64,000 nucleotides of DNA. It comes from Legionellaceae bacterium (GTDB taxonomy: Bacteria > Pseudomonadota > Gammaproteobacteria > Legionellales > Legionellaceae). Where the stretch lies: the NCBI GenBank assembly GCA_029212465.1, contig JARGNV010000004.1, positions 41,580 to 105,579 on the forward strand, given 5' to 3'. Made by a program: the position numbers and the translations under genes. Positions 18,491 to 28,939 of the stretch are shown here, in pieces; the stretch's first letter is position 1, and every line of letters begins with the position of its first letter. A model generated the notes under the pieces. It did not search any database. It saw only the letters and a program-made list of their open reading frames with translations, and was not told the DNA's origin.

Positions 18491-19861
18491 ATGCCCTACA
18501 TCCCCCACACCCCTGAAGATATTCGCACCATGCTCAACCGGATTGGTGTATCAAGCATTGAAGCTTTATTTGATGAAATAGCGCCTGAACTCAGACAAAA
18601 AAACCTTAGCCACTTGCCTGATGGTCAAAATGAAATGGCGCTATTGCAACATGCTAAAAAGCTTGCCAATCAAAATAAAACACATACCTGTTTTATTGGT
18701 GCGGGCAGCTATGAGCACCATATTCCTGCGGCTGTTTGGGATATTGCCTCTCGTGGTGAATTTCTAACGGCCTATACCCCTTATCAAGCTGAGGCAAGTC
18801 AAGGGAACTTACAGCTGCTCTATGAGTTTCAGACCATGATAGCAGAGCTCACAGGTATGGAAGTAGCCAATGCCTCACTCTATGATGGCGCAACAGCACT
18901 TGCTGAAGCTGTCTTGATGGCACTACGTATGAACAAAAGAAAAAGTCCGCATCGTGTCCTCGTGCCAGAAACCTTACATCCACTCTACCGTGAAACCCTT
19001 GAAACAATTCTTCAGCATCAAGACGTCACCCTGACAACGCTTCCCATGCACAAAACGAGCGGTGTTACAGATCTTGAAGCACTCAAAGCGCATCAAGATG
19101 TCTCGGTTACAGCCCTCATCATCCCTCAACCTAATTTTTGGGGACAACTTGAGCCGGTCGATGCATTGAGCGATTGGGCAAACGCACATGAAATCACAAG
19201 CATTGCCTGCGTAAACCCCATCTCGCTTGGTCTCCTCAAGCCACCAGGTAGCTGGGGCGAGCACGGTGTTGATATTGTCTGCGGCGAGGGGCAACCGCTC
19301 GGTGCACCAATGGCTGCCGGAGGACCCTATGTGGGCTTTTTCAGCACCCGCTTAAAGCACGTTCGTCAAATGCCTGGCCGCCTGGTAGGCCGTACTACCG
19401 ATACCGATGGGCGCACAGGCTATACACTCACGCTTCAGGCACGCGAGCAACATATTCGTCGCGGAAAAGCAACTTCGAATATTTGCACCAATCAAGGCCT
19501 ACTGGTCACAACTGCTACACTTTATATGAGCCTTCTCGGGCCCCATGGCATTAAGCGCGTTGCTGAACAGTGCCATCATAATACGAACCTGCTTGTTAAT
19601 AAGCTTACTACTATTCCCGGTGTGTCACGTGTCTTCTCAACGCCTTACTTCCATGAAGCACTGATTCAACTGCCAGTACCTGTTACCCCTATTTTAAAAA
19701 CCCTACAAGCAAAAGGAATCCACGCAGGATACCCAGCAGAGTCTCACTATCCTCACTTTTCGAATACATTATTAGTCTGTGCAACCGAGTGTCGCACACA
19801 AACTGAGATAGAGCATTTTGCCAATACATTAAAAACTTCTCTCATGGAGATAACCGCATGA
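18491..19861 (+). CDS. gcvPA: Glycine dehydrogenase (decarboxylating) subunit 1
   Basis: Split P-protein N-terminal subunit ([13 protein letters not shown]). Confidence 0.93.
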   Translation: MPYIPHTPEDIRTMLNRIGVSSIEALFDEIAPELRQKNLSHLPDGQNEMALLQHAKKLANQNKTHTCFIGAGSYEHHIPAAVWDIASRGEFLTAYTPYQAEASQGNLQLLYEFQTMIAELTGMEVANASLYDGATALAEAVLMALRMNKRKSPHRVLVPETLHPLYRETLETILQHQDVTLTTLPMHKTSGVTDLEALKAHQDVSVTALIIPQPNFWGQLEPVDALSDWANAHEITSIACVNPISLGLLKPPGSWGEHGVDIVCGEGQPLGAPMAAGGPYVGFFSTRLKHVRQMPGRLVGRTTDTDGRTGYTLTLQAREQHIRRGKATSNICTNQGLLVTTATLYMSLLGPHGIKRVAEQCHHNTNLLVNKLTTIPGVSRVFSTPYFHEALIQLPVPVTPILKTLQAKGIHAGYPAESHYPHFSNTLLVCATECRTQTEIEHFANTLKTSLMEITA

Positions 19862-21321
19862 GCGCAATTATTTTTGAACAGTCAACGCCTAACCGACAGG
19901 CGCATGCGCAAATACCCGATGATACAAAATTAACGTGTAATATTCCTGATAACTTGCGTCGACAAGTGCCTCCACGCTTACCTGAATGCTCGGAGCTCCA
20001 AGTTGTACGGCACTTTACGAAGCTCTCACAAAAAAATTTCGCCATTGACACACATTTCTATCCTCTCGGCTCTTGCACCATGAAATATAATCCACGTGGC
20101 GTACATCGCGCAGCATCAGAGCACGCTTTTCTTAATGTACATCCTTTAGCGCCACCTGCTACGTGCCAAGGCACACTGAATACGTTATATCTACTCCAAA
20201 CTTATCTTGCCGAAATAACAGGTATGAGCGCTGTATCTCTAACACCTATGGCAGGGGCACAAGGAGAGTTTGCAGGCGTTGCAATGATTAAAGCCTACCA
20301 CGAGTCTCGAGGCGACCATGAGCGCACAGAAATGCTTATCCCTGATGCTGCACACGGTACAAACCCTGCATCAGCCGCAACCTGTGGGTTTGATGTCATA
20401 GAAATACCAACCGCCGAAGATGGTGATATTCACCTCGATACACTGCGTAAGCATGTTGGCCCTAAAACTGCAGGTATCATGTTAACCAATCCGTCAACGC
20501 TTGGCCTCTTTATGAAAAATATTAAAGAAATAGCCACCATCGTACATGAGGCAGGGGGGTTATTGTACTATGACGGCGCAAATCTAAATGCTATTTTAGG
20601 GAAGGTAAGGCCTGGTGATATGGGATTTGATGTCATGCACTTAAACTTACACAAAACATTTGCAACGCCACATGGCGGTGGAGGGCCTGGCTCAGGACCC
20701 GTTGCCGTCAGTGAAAGACTGCGCGCATTTCTGCCACTGCCCTTTGTTTTGAAAAAAAACAATCAGTTCCATTTTGCTACACAATCCGATTGTCCTCAAA
20801 GTATTGGTCGCCTTTCAACATTTATGGGTAACACTGGCATTTTATTACGTGCTTATTTTTATATCGCAGCACTCGGCAAACAAGGCCTCTTGCGTGTATC
20901 CGAGCATGCAACCCTCAACGCAAACTACCTGCTAAAAGAGCTTACCCGTATTGGATTCACTGCAGCATACCCCAACAGACGGGCAACGCATGAGTTTATT
21001 CTCACACTCACACCAGAAAAAAAAGCTTATGGTATCTTAGCACTCGATCTCGCCAAGCGATTGCTCGACTACGGGTTTCATGCCCCAACTATTTATTTTC
21101 CGTTGCTCATTCCAGAATGCCTACTGATAGAGCCAACAGAAACTGAGTCAAAAGAAATGCTCGATACATTTGTAAAAGCCATGCAAGCCATTTTAGATGA
21201 GGCAAAGCGAACACCCGACATGCTAAAAACAGCGCCACATTCGCGCCCAATTAAGCGACTAGATGAGGTAAAAGCAGCAAAAGCAATGGACTTTAACTAT
21301 TTCAATACAATTTCAACATAG
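19858..21321 (+). CDS. gcvPB: Glycine dehydrogenase (decarboxylating) subunit 2
   Basis: PLP-lysine region [16 protein letters not shown]. 4-nt overlap with gcvPA. Confidence 0.93.
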   Translation: MSAIIFEQSTPNRQAHAQIPDDTKLTCNIPDNLRRQVPPRLPECSELQVVRHFTKLSQKNFAIDTHFYPLGSCTMKYNPRGVHRAASEHAFLNVHPLAPPATCQGTLNTLYLLQTYLAEITGMSAVSLTPMAGAQGEFAGVAMIKAYHESRGDHERTEMLIPDAAHGTNPASAATCGFDVIEIPTAEDGDIHLDTLRKHVGPKTAGIMLTNPSTLGLFMKNIKEIATIVHEAGGLLYYDGANLNAILGKVRPGDMGFDVMHLNLHKTFATPHGGGGPGSGPVAVSERLRAFLPLPFVLKKNNQFHFATQSDCPQSIGRLSTFMGNTGILLRAYFYIAALGKQGLLRVSEHATLNANYLLKELTRIGFTAAYPNRRATHEFILTLTPEKKAYGILALDLAKRLLDYGFHAPTIYFPLLIPECLLIEPTETESKEMLDTFVKAMQAILDEAKRTPDMLKTAPHSRPIKRLDEVKAAKAMDFNYFNTIST

Positions 21322-21360
21322 CCATCGCTTAAAAAATAAGTTATAACAAGAGAGCTTTCG

Positions 21361-21388
21361 TTGTCATGGATTGACACTGTCATAATAT
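21361..21388 (+). promoter_or_regulatory. Candidate promoter with embedded TGTCA/TGACA inverted repeats upstream of the small HTH gene
   Basis: TTGTCA (21361-21366), a 16-nt spacer, then TAATAT (21383-21388). TGTCA-N5-TGACA-N1-TGTCA spans 21362-21382. Confidence 0.3.
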
Positions 21389-21412
21389 CTGAACAAAGCA
21401 AGGAGCATTCAG

Positions 21413-21676
21413 ATGAACAGTAAGGTGTTTGCGCAACGCTTTAATCGGGAGTTATCGATGTTGGGATTCCCAGATGACTTAAATGAAAAAACCAAAGCCG
21501 TTTCGAAAGTATTTGGCGTCACTCGGCATCTTGCAAATGCTATGATTTTCGGGCATAACTTACCTTCTGAAGAGCAATTGGATAAGATTGCCCAAGAGCT
21601 TGAGGTCTGCCCCCAGTGGTTAAGTGGCGCAACGAGTCGTCGCAAAGCATACCCAGAGCGCGAAACGACCAACTAA
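21413..21676 (+). CDS. Small putative helix-turn-helix DNA-binding protein
   Basis: 87 aa. The VSKVFGVTRHLANAMIFG segment resembles an HTH. AAGGAG SD upstream. Confidence 0.5.
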   Translation: MNSKVFAQRFNRELSMLGFPDDLNEKTKAVSKVFGVTRHLANAMIFGHNLPSEEQLDKIAQELEVCPQWLSGATSRRKAYPERETTN

Positions 21677-21695
21677 ATGAAGCGGATAGGATGTT

Positions 21696-22511
21696 ATGGA
21701 GTGTTTGAGTTTTTGTGTAGCCGACTGTATCGACCTCGCGGGTCTAGACCTCCATTACAAAGAAACCCTCAGTGATTACGCTGTCACACGCTCACGCGAT
21801 GTATTAAAAATATCACCGCTTGATGCCCCCCAACATCTCGTTTTTGTGTTTAAAAACGGGACCATTGTATCTTGGGGGCTCAAACGACATGAGGCCGACG
21901 CTTATCTCGATGAAGTCTCACGCTTTTCAGAAAAGCCGAATCACTTTCTTGTGCACGATGAGTTTACCTACCGTATTGGTGAAAAAACAACGATAGAACC
22001 GCATGAGTACTTTGATGTCGACTGCCTTTCCATCGACACCACACAGGCTAAAGATGATGAGCTAAAACTAAGCTTATCATATGGATTTTCACAATCTGTC
22101 AAATTACAGTACTTTGAAACCCTACTTGAAAATCTCATCGAAAAGCACACCCCCCTGATTAAAAACTTATCCAAGAAAAAAAGAAAATCAGTCACGCGAT
22201 CACGCATTCGTACGGTCATTGGCGAGCTAATTCTGGCTAAAAGTGAAATGAATCTCACGAGCAATTTTTTATATCATCCCAAATATTTTTGGCAGCACCC
22301 AACACTTGAAGAAGATTATATTATGCTTGAGCGCTACTTACACCTTCCCCGTCGTGTCAATGCCTTAAACCAACGCTTAGATACCCTAAACGATATATTT
22401 GATATGTTTAATAACTATCTCGAGAATCGGCATGCGCATATTCTCGAGGTTATCATTATCGTGCTCCTTTCAATGGAAATTATTTTTAGTCTCTTAAATT
22501 TTCATTTTTAA
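21696..22511 (+). CDS. RMD1/DUF155 family protein with a C-terminal TM helix
   Basis: LSLSYGFSQSVKLQYFE..., a central coiled region, and the C-terminal hydrophobic ILEVIIIVLLSMEIIFSL are typical of DUF155. Confidence 0.7.
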   Translation: MECLSFCVADCIDLAGLDLHYKETLSDYAVTRSRDVLKISPLDAPQHLVFVFKNGTIVSWGLKRHEADAYLDEVSRFSEKPNHFLVHDEFTYRIGEKTTIEPHEYFDVDCLSIDTTQAKDDELKLSLSYGFSQSVKLQYFETLLENLIEKHTPLIKNLSKKKRKSVTRSRIRTVIGELILAKSEMNLTSNFLYHPKYFWQHPTLEEDYIMLERYLHLPRRVNALNQRLDTLNDIFDMFNNYLENRHAHILEVIIIVLLSMEIIFSLLNFHF

Positions 22512-22535
22512 TACACGATTACCGCATACAAACTT

Positions 22536-23414
22536 ATGATAACGAATACGCATCAACTCTCTCAAACCACTTTAAGCGACTTACAAGCACTACTTGATAC
22601 TTGTCAAAAAACAGATGGCGCAAGTATTCCTATCTACGCCCATTTACTCGAAGCATACCGCCCTGGCCCTCCAAGTTTCCTTTGTTATAAAAATGATCAA
22701 CTCATTGCATTTCTTGCTGCATTTCATTTTTATCCTGATGCGGCTGAAATCTCTTTGTTGGTACATCCAAATCATCGTAGAAAGGGTATTGCTAAAGAAC
22801 TCTGGAACGAAATGTGCCAAGCAATACGAATTATTACGCCGCCTCTAACGCATCTCATCGTTTCAAGCCCTCATGCATCAAATAAAACATGGTTCAAGCA
22901 ATATGACTTCCAATTTGACCATACAGAATACGATATGAGCTGCACACCCTATATCTCAAACCTGCCGCCCCCCCCCAATTACACCATTCGAGAAGCGACC
23001 CCGCGAGATGTTAACTTATTGCACAATATAGACCGCGCTTGCTTTAATCCTAACAGACCAGAAGCGATTCAGCGCATCAAAAAATTATTAACCACCGCTA
23101 ATATTAAGGTTTTTTTAATGTTCCATAATACTGAATTGGTCGGGCAGGTTCATTTGGTATTTGAGACGGCACAGGTACGCTTAACCGACTTGGCAGTACT
23201 ACCTCATATGCAGCAACAAGGGTTCGGGCAAGCTTTACTCACATATTGTTTAAAGTACGCCTATGCAAAACAGCAACAAACACTTTCCTTAACGGTTGCC
23301 TCCAAGAATCAACACGCTCTGCGCCTCTATCAAAATGTGGGCTTTCAGATCTATAATGCGGTAGACTACCATAAATGGGGCTGTCGCTTGACAGATTTTG
23401 AACGAGCCCTTTAA
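22536..23414 (+). CDS. Tandem-GNAT N-acetyltransferase
   Basis: Two acetyl-CoA motif A-like segments: HPNHRRKGIAKEL and LPHMQQQGFGQALL. Confidence 0.75.
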   Translation: MITNTHQLSQTTLSDLQALLDTCQKTDGASIPIYAHLLEAYRPGPPSFLCYKNDQLIAFLAAFHFYPDAAEISLLVHPNHRRKGIAKELWNEMCQAIRIITPPLTHLIVSSPHASNKTWFKQYDFQFDHTEYDMSCTPYISNLPPPPNYTIREATPRDVNLLHNIDRACFNPNRPEAIQRIKKLLTTANIKVFLMFHNTELVGQVHLVFETAQVRLTDLAVLPHMQQQGFGQALLTYCLKYAYAKQQQTLSLTVASKNQHALRLYQNVGFQIYNAVDYHKWGCRLTDFERAL

Positions 23415-23465
23415 TATTGCGATCAGTACAAGTACGTTTTCGCCACCGAGACATGAGGACAAGGC

Positions 23466-24689
23466 ATGAAAAAAAGGGTTGTTATCACGGGTATGGACAT
23501 TGCCTCCTCCATTGGTAATGGGCTCGAAGCGTTTTGGGATGCTGCATCACAAGGAAAGTGTGGTATTGATCGCATTCAGTCGTACGATCCGTCAAACTAT
23601 ACCACGCAAATCGCAGGCGAAATTACAGATTTATGTCTCAACCATCTCCCTCAGTTCAACAAACAAAAACGCTTTCCACGTGTCGCACAATACGCGCTAT
23701 ACTGCGCGCATCATGCTATTGAGCGAGCAGGTTTAACCGCAAAAGAGTGCGAGAATGCCGGCACTTATATTGGCACAAGCCTTGGTGGTGGGCCTGAGCT
23801 CGAGGCCGCCTACAAAACCTTTTATACTGACAGTTGGCGTAAAATTCCTGCACTTACCGTTGTACGTGGCATGCCAAATTCTGTTGCGAATCATATTGCC
23901 ATCGCCTTTGGGCTGGGTGGTCCAAATTCAACCACATCAAACGCCTGTGTTTCTTCCGCCGAAGCTATTGGTAATGCATATCAGCAAATTGTAAACGGTC
24001 AGTTATCGGTTGCTCTCTGTGGCGGTACCGAATCTTTAGTATGGGAAACTATCATGGCCGCCTGGTGCAAATTGCGTGTCATGTCGACACACAATGAAAA
24101 CCCTGCAAAAGCCAGCCGTCCATTTGATAAAAACCGTACTGGTATGGTCATGGCTGATGGTGCTGGCATTTTAGTGCTGGAAGAGCTCGAGCATGCCAAA
24201 GCACGCGGTGCAAGAATTTATGCCGAAGTCATTGGGTTTGGTGCAAGTTGTGATGCATCCCACATTACAGCGCCCACAACTAAAGGACAAACACGTGCCA
24301 TTCATACCGCTTTAAATGATGCTCGCTTATCTCCCAGTGATATTCAGTACATCAATGCCCATGGTACAGGCACCATCTTAAATGATGCAACTGAAACAGA
24401 AACCATCAAAGCAGTGTTTGGTGAGCATGCTTTTGATATTCCTATTACAGCGCAAAAAGCAATGACCGGACACGCCATTGGAGCCGCAGGTGTCATGGAA
24501 ATTATCGCAACCGTTCTCAGTTTAGAAAACGACTTACTCTTACCGACTATTAATTTGGAAACACCTGATCCTGCATGCGATTTAAACTATATTCCGAATA
24601 CAGCGCAAAAAAAACGGGTTGATTTAGCACTTTCAAATCATTTTGCGTTTGGTGGCGCAAATGCTGCGCTCGTGCTGCGTCGATTCTAG
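23466..24689 (+). CDS. Beta-ketoacyl-ACP synthase, KAS I/II type (FabF-like paralog)
   Basis: Active-site Cys in SNACVSSAEA and the His-His pair (SHITAP, NAHGTGT). Not in a fab cluster. Confidence 0.9.
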   Translation: MKKRVVITGMDIASSIGNGLEAFWDAASQGKCGIDRIQSYDPSNYTTQIAGEITDLCLNHLPQFNKQKRFPRVAQYALYCAHHAIERAGLTAKECENAGTYIGTSLGGGPELEAAYKTFYTDSWRKIPALTVVRGMPNSVANHIAIAFGLGGPNSTTSNACVSSAEAIGNAYQQIVNGQLSVALCGGTESLVWETIMAAWCKLRVMSTHNENPAKASRPFDKNRTGMVMADGAGILVLEELEHAKARGARIYAEVIGFGASCDASHITAPTTKGQTRAIHTALNDARLSPSDIQYINAHGTGTILNDATETETIKAVFGEHAFDIPITAQKAMTGHAIGAAGVMEIIATVLSLENDLLLPTINLETPDPACDLNYIPNTAQKKRVDLALSNHFAFGGANAALVLRRF

Positions 24690-24700
24690 GTCGGTTTAAA

Positions 24701-26059
24701 CTAAATTATCTTATCGTTTGCGCATCCATAGCCAACCGCTAAGTCTTGATACAAGCTGACAATAGTCAATAGCTGATCGAGCTTATGCTCATTCACCTGT
24801 ACTTTTATTTTGTCAAATTCAATTTTTTCATCCAGTAATTTTGAATAACTAATGATACCTTCATGGTATAAAGCATTTTTCAGTTGATACGCCTTGCCTA
24901 AACTATTTTTAGCCTGCACTGTTTCCTCTAAACGCTCGGTATAGTATTCGTTTGCAGATAAACCATTATCAACATCTCGCAATACCTTACGCAAGGTATC
25001 TAAGTACTTATAATATGCCATTTTTCCAATTCCCTTTGCTTTATCCCATGCTCCAAAATTAGACAAAGGCATAATGGTTGAGTGAGACAGTGCTTGATTA
25101 AAGTAAACCGGCTGCCCAAGTGTCGTACCATTCGGTATAGTACCAATATCCCCTCGTGCAGCACTTAATTCCATCACAGGAAAGAAGTTACCTACTGTAG
25201 CCCCTATTCCTGCATTTGCAGCTTTTAATTCATTAAGAGCTTGTGTCATATCGGGTCTATTTTGAACCACAGCAAGCGGTAGTGCTCCCGTAATTAGTTG
25301 GCGACTCTCTAGTTGATTAAATCGGCGCGGAAATGAAAAGGGTTGAGGGTTTTCATTTAACAACACACGCAGCATATTCTGGCTTACAATTTTCTTTTGC
25401 TGTACAACGCGCTCCTCGGCCAAAATCAAATCTAATTTGCTTTTGGCATGTGACAGTCCAATATCAGTTGACAACCCATTATGATAAGTAGCCGTTGCGA
25501 TACGTATCTTTTTTCTTAAATCACGCTCTATTGCTTGTAATAACTGTAAACGCTCCGTCTGTGCCTGATAACTGAAATAGCTTCCTGCTATTTGTGCAAT
25601 TACTGCAAGCCTAACGGTATCCCGCATATTCTGTGTAATTTCAAGCTCATATTTCGCACGTTTTTGTTCCTTAATTTGTCTGAAAATATTAATCGTATAG
25701 GTAGGTAAGAGTGCAGCAATCACCCCCGGATATCCCAAATAGGGAAAAGATGAGTAACCTAGCAAACTACTCAAATTGGGCGCCCAATCCCACTGAACAC
25801 GCTTTAATTCCCCTTGCGCTGCTTCAATATTAGCAACAGCTATATGAATATCGTTATTTTCTGCCAAGCCTTTTTTAATCAGTCCGGTGAGCGCTGGATC
25901 TTTAAACTGTTGCCACCAAGGAATACAGGCAAGATTAGTATGACTTGTACGTAACTGCGTATCTTTTGCATGCCATTTAGCAGGAACCTCCGCAGAAGGA
26001 GTTGGTACATACTTGGGATCAAACGTGCATGATACGAGACTCACTCCCATCATAACCAT
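24701..26059 (-). CDS. Efflux outer-membrane factor lipoprotein (NodT family)
   Basis: Lipobox LVSC follows MVMMGVS. The start was moved to the ATG at 26059; the track start at 26128 overlaps the upstream gene. Confidence 0.85.
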   Translation of the reverse strand: MVMMGVSLVSCTFDPKYVPTPSAEVPAKWHAKDTQLRTSHTNLACIPWWQQFKDPALTGLIKKGLAENNDIHIAVANIEAAQGELKRVQWDWAPNLSSLLGYSSFPYLGYPGVIAALLPTYTINIFRQIKEQKRAKYELEITQNMRDTVRLAVIAQIAGSYFSYQAQTERLQLLQAIERDLRKKIRIATATYHNGLSTDIGLSHAKSKLDLILAEERVVQQKKIVSQNMLRVLLNENPQPFSFPRRFNQLESRQLITGALPLAVVQNRPDMTQALNELKAANAGIGATVGNFFPVMELSAARGDIGTIPNGTTLGQPVYFNQALSHSTIMPLSNFGAWDKAKGIGKMAYYKYLDTLRKVLRDVDNGLSANEYYTERLEETVQAKNSLGKAYQLKNALYHEGIISYSKLLDEKIEFDKIKVQVNEHKLDQLLTIVSLYQDLAVGYGCANDKII

Positions 26060-26087
26060 CAAAAAAGCACGCCTTATTTGTTGCAAA

Positions 26088-26942
26088 TCACTCTCCCTCA
26101 GACTGAACACCACCACGCACCATAACATCTAGCTGTTGAAGCATATCCTGTGTCTCTCTGCTTAACACATCCACTGGGGTATCCCTTAAAGCAAACAAGC
26201 GCCTTATATGCTGATAAATTGCGTCGACCTCTGCCTGAAATATTTCAAGCTTATCAAATACGTCTGCTCGTAAATGATAATCATGTGACGCCATCTTCAA
26301 AAAAGTCTGTAATTGCATGGCATTCTTATCCAATTGTGCACTCAACTTCAAATAATGGCTACGACGCAAGGGTCTTGCAGTCACCACATCAAATAATGCT
26401 TGCAACTCTAAAACCAATGCTTTTTGTAAATCAAAGTAAAACTTATGTGTTAAGTTCTTCTTTTTAAAAATAAAATACTCAAAAAAAACGCATATGCTTA
26501 ATGCAAGCACTGTCGCTTTTGTATAATCAAAGAAGAATTGATCAATTGCATATAAATTGCTTTGATAATAATCACTACCCAGTCCTGTAAGCGTCACAGT
26601 GAAAATTGTGGGTGCTACATAGTATTTACTGAGAGTAAAATAAGCCATAAATATAATGATTGGAATAACAACATAAATTAAATCATCATCAAACCGTATG
26701 AAAAAAAAGAGTATATACGTTAAAAATAAGCCAAGCATTGCCCCCCAAAAACGATGCATGGTTCGGTGCAAGCTGCTCCCTGAATCAAAGCCTGCGTAAA
26801 TCATCATCACAGCAAAACCAATCCAACCCGCATGTGAAAAGTTTAATAAGCGCTGAATCAAGAGCGTTGAAATAAATACAATACAAATTTGCAACGCACG
26901 GGTTGTACGATAATCTATTGTGCTTTGCATAAAGAATTCCAA
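26088..26942 (-). CDS. FUSC/AaeB-family efflux protein, C-terminal-half equivalent
   Basis: Membrane domain plus a cytoplasmic helical domain. It begins with a typical FUSC half-repeat (RALQICIVF...GWIGFAVMMIY...HRFWGAMLG). Confidence 0.7.
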   Translation of the reverse strand: MEFFMQSTIDYRTTRALQICIVFISTLLIQRLLNFSHAGWIGFAVMMIYAGFDSGSSLHRTMHRFWGAMLGLFLTYILFFFIRFDDDLIYVVIPIIIFMAYFTLSKYYVAPTIFTVTLTGLGSDYYQSNLYAIDQFFFDYTKATVLALSICVFFEYFIFKKKNLTHKFYFDLQKALVLELQALFDVVTARPLRRSHYLKLSAQLDKNAMQLQTFLKMASHDYHLRADVFDKLEIFQAEVDAIYQHIRRLFALRDTPVDVLSRETQDMLQQLDVMVRGGVQSEGE

Positions 26943-27820
26943 GCGTGAATAAGCTTTATAAAATGCGGCTCCTTGTCACAAATCAGATCACACGGCACTT
27001 CATTTTCTATCGATAGAATCAATAACTTCATGTTTTCTATAAGTAACTCCAGTGTTGCTTGTGGCATGCTCGTGAACTGATTTTCGGCCACATCAAGATG
27101 AACTCGCAATTCATGTGTCAACAAGTTAATTTTTAATATCGTATAAATTGGTAGTCTTCGGGGCAACATATTTGAAAAAATCACCATCCTCTTGATATTT
27201 TCCTGCAACAACGTGGCCTCTACTGCTTGGTGATTTAAAATAAGTAACAAGTCACTTAGCATGTCTTGACAAGACAGGAGCAATGCACGCAACCACAAAC
27301 GATAATAATAACTCAAAGGAAACAACACTAAGGATGATAAAATAATCAACATTGCAAACAATGTGGTCAACAAGTTTTCCATAACCATTCTAAAGTTATT
27401 ATCAAGTGTTGGATATAACAGCGAATAAGTCGCAAGGCTTAAAATAATAGGCACTAAAGGAAGCATCATAGTCACATGACGTAGCGCAATAAAATAAAGC
27501 ACTACGGTTGCTGCAAAAATAGCAACAGGGAAAAACAAAGGGTAGGACCTCAACATATTAAACAGCATAACCATCACACACGTCCCTAAGATGGTATATA
27601 CAAAACCCCAGTATTTATCTTTAACATTTTCCATCATTACTTCTGCTGCCATCGCGGTCAGAGGTAAGTAGAAGAAATAAAAATAGGGATGGGGTAAGTT
27701 AAAAAACATATTAAAAATAGACAAAATAAAAAACACATAAACAACTTTCGTTGCATTGAGGCGATGCATGCCATACGGATCATACGTTTCGATTGTGTGT
27801 ATGAGCTTTGATATAAACAT
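26915..27820 (-). CDS. FUSC/AaeB-family efflux protein, N-terminal-half equivalent
   Basis: Polytopic N-terminal domain plus a helical cytoplasmic tail. The track start at 27925 overlaps the upstream gene by 146 nt. ATGs at 27820 and 27769 are more plausible, so the start is uncertain. Confidence 0.65.
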   Translation of the reverse strand: MFISKLIHTIETYDPYGMHRLNATKVVYVFFILSIFNMFFNLPHPYFYFFYLPLTAMAAEVMMENVKDKYWGFVYTILGTCVMVMLFNMLRSYPLFFPVAIFAATVVLYFIALRHVTMMLPLVPIILSLATYSLLYPTLDNNFRMVMENLLTTLFAMLIILSSLVLFPLSYYYRLWLRALLLSCQDMLSDLLLILNHQAVEATLLQENIKRMVIFSNMLPRRLPIYTILKINLLTHELRVHLDVAENQFTSMPQATLELLIENMKLLILSIENEVPCDLICDKEPHFIKLIHAWNSLCKAQ

Positions 27821-28799
27821 AAGCACTTGCACCCGGCTGTAAAGGATAGTTAGGATCTGGGTCAAGAATTTGAATTTGTAGAGGTAGGCGCTGTGGAATA
27901 AGCAACCACTCATTCTCATTTGCAACCTTCTGCTGCTGTGTCCTTTGAACGGTGTGTTGCCTATCTGCAGCCCAAACAGTATTCACTACACGTCCATGAA
28001 ATATTTTTGTAAAATAATACATCCGAAGAATGATAATGGCTTCATCGCCCGGGCGGATACGGCGTAAATCTGTCTCATTAAAATTGGCCTGGACCCACCA
28101 ATTTGATGTGTCAATAAATGAAAATAACGGCGTCCTGATTTTTACCGGCGTCCCATTTGAAATATACATGTTATCAACAATGCCATTTGTTGGCGCCCTA
28201 ACGATTGTTAAATTAAAATTCACCAATGCATTATCCATTTCAGCCTTTAGCGCTTTAATTTTTTTCTGTTGTTCAACTATTTGTTGATCTTCAATGACAA
28301 TTTGTTTTTCTAGCGCATCCTTCTTCTTTTTCATGGCTTGCAAATTATAATTGAGTACTTTCACCTCAAGCACAGGCACCGCTTCACTCACGCTTGGATT
28401 ATTTTTTAACTTAAATTTAATTTTTGCCTTTTCATAGTCAAACGTTGCGGCATGCAATAAATCTCGAGTTTTCTCTGTTCGCCGCTCAATCACCGTAACA
28501 CGCTCCAGTGCTTCCTCATATTTGGCCTTCGCATATTCATAAGCCAAGCGATATGGCTCCTGATACACTTTAACCAAAGGCTCACCCTTCTTAACCGATT
28601 CACCATTTTTAACGTAAATATGCGTCACATACCCTGATACATCAGCAGCAACAGGTGTTACATTGGTTGCAACAAACGCATTATTTGTAAATGGGACTAA
28701 ATATGAAAAAATGTGATAAATAATCAATACAGCAGCAATACCCACAACAATAACAGGCAAGTTAATCTCATTCCTGGATACCTTGAATATTTTTATCAC
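27780..28799 (-). CDS. HlyD/AaeA-family membrane fusion protein
   Basis: Single N-terminal TM helix, a coiled-coil hairpin and a beta-barrel C-terminus. First gene of the efflux operon. Confidence 0.85.
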   Translation of the reverse strand: MIKIFKVSRNEINLPVIVVGIAAVLIIYHIFSYLVPFTNNAFVATNVTPVAADVSGYVTHIYVKNGESVKKGEPLVKVYQEPYRLAYEYAKAKYEEALERVTVIERRTEKTRDLLHAATFDYEKAKIKFKLKNNPSVSEAVPVLEVKVLNYNLQAMKKKKDALEKQIVIEDQQIVEQQKKIKALKAEMDNALVNFNLTIVRAPTNGIVDNMYISNGTPVKIRTPLFSFIDTSNWWVQANFNETDLRRIRPGDEAIIILRMYYFTKIFHGRVVNTVWAADRQHTVQRTQQQKVANENEWLLIPQRLPLQIQILDPDPNYPLQPGASAYVYIKAHTHNRNV

Positions 28800-28939
28800 C
28801 TTCAGTGTCAGCTTAGAAGGAAATGGGTACTTATCTCTTTATACCAGCTAACCCTCTAACAAACCACTTAATTTTTGGTCGAAAAGAACACCGTTTTCAG
28901 GTATACTGACGGCGTTCTTAAAAATCGGAAAAATATCAC

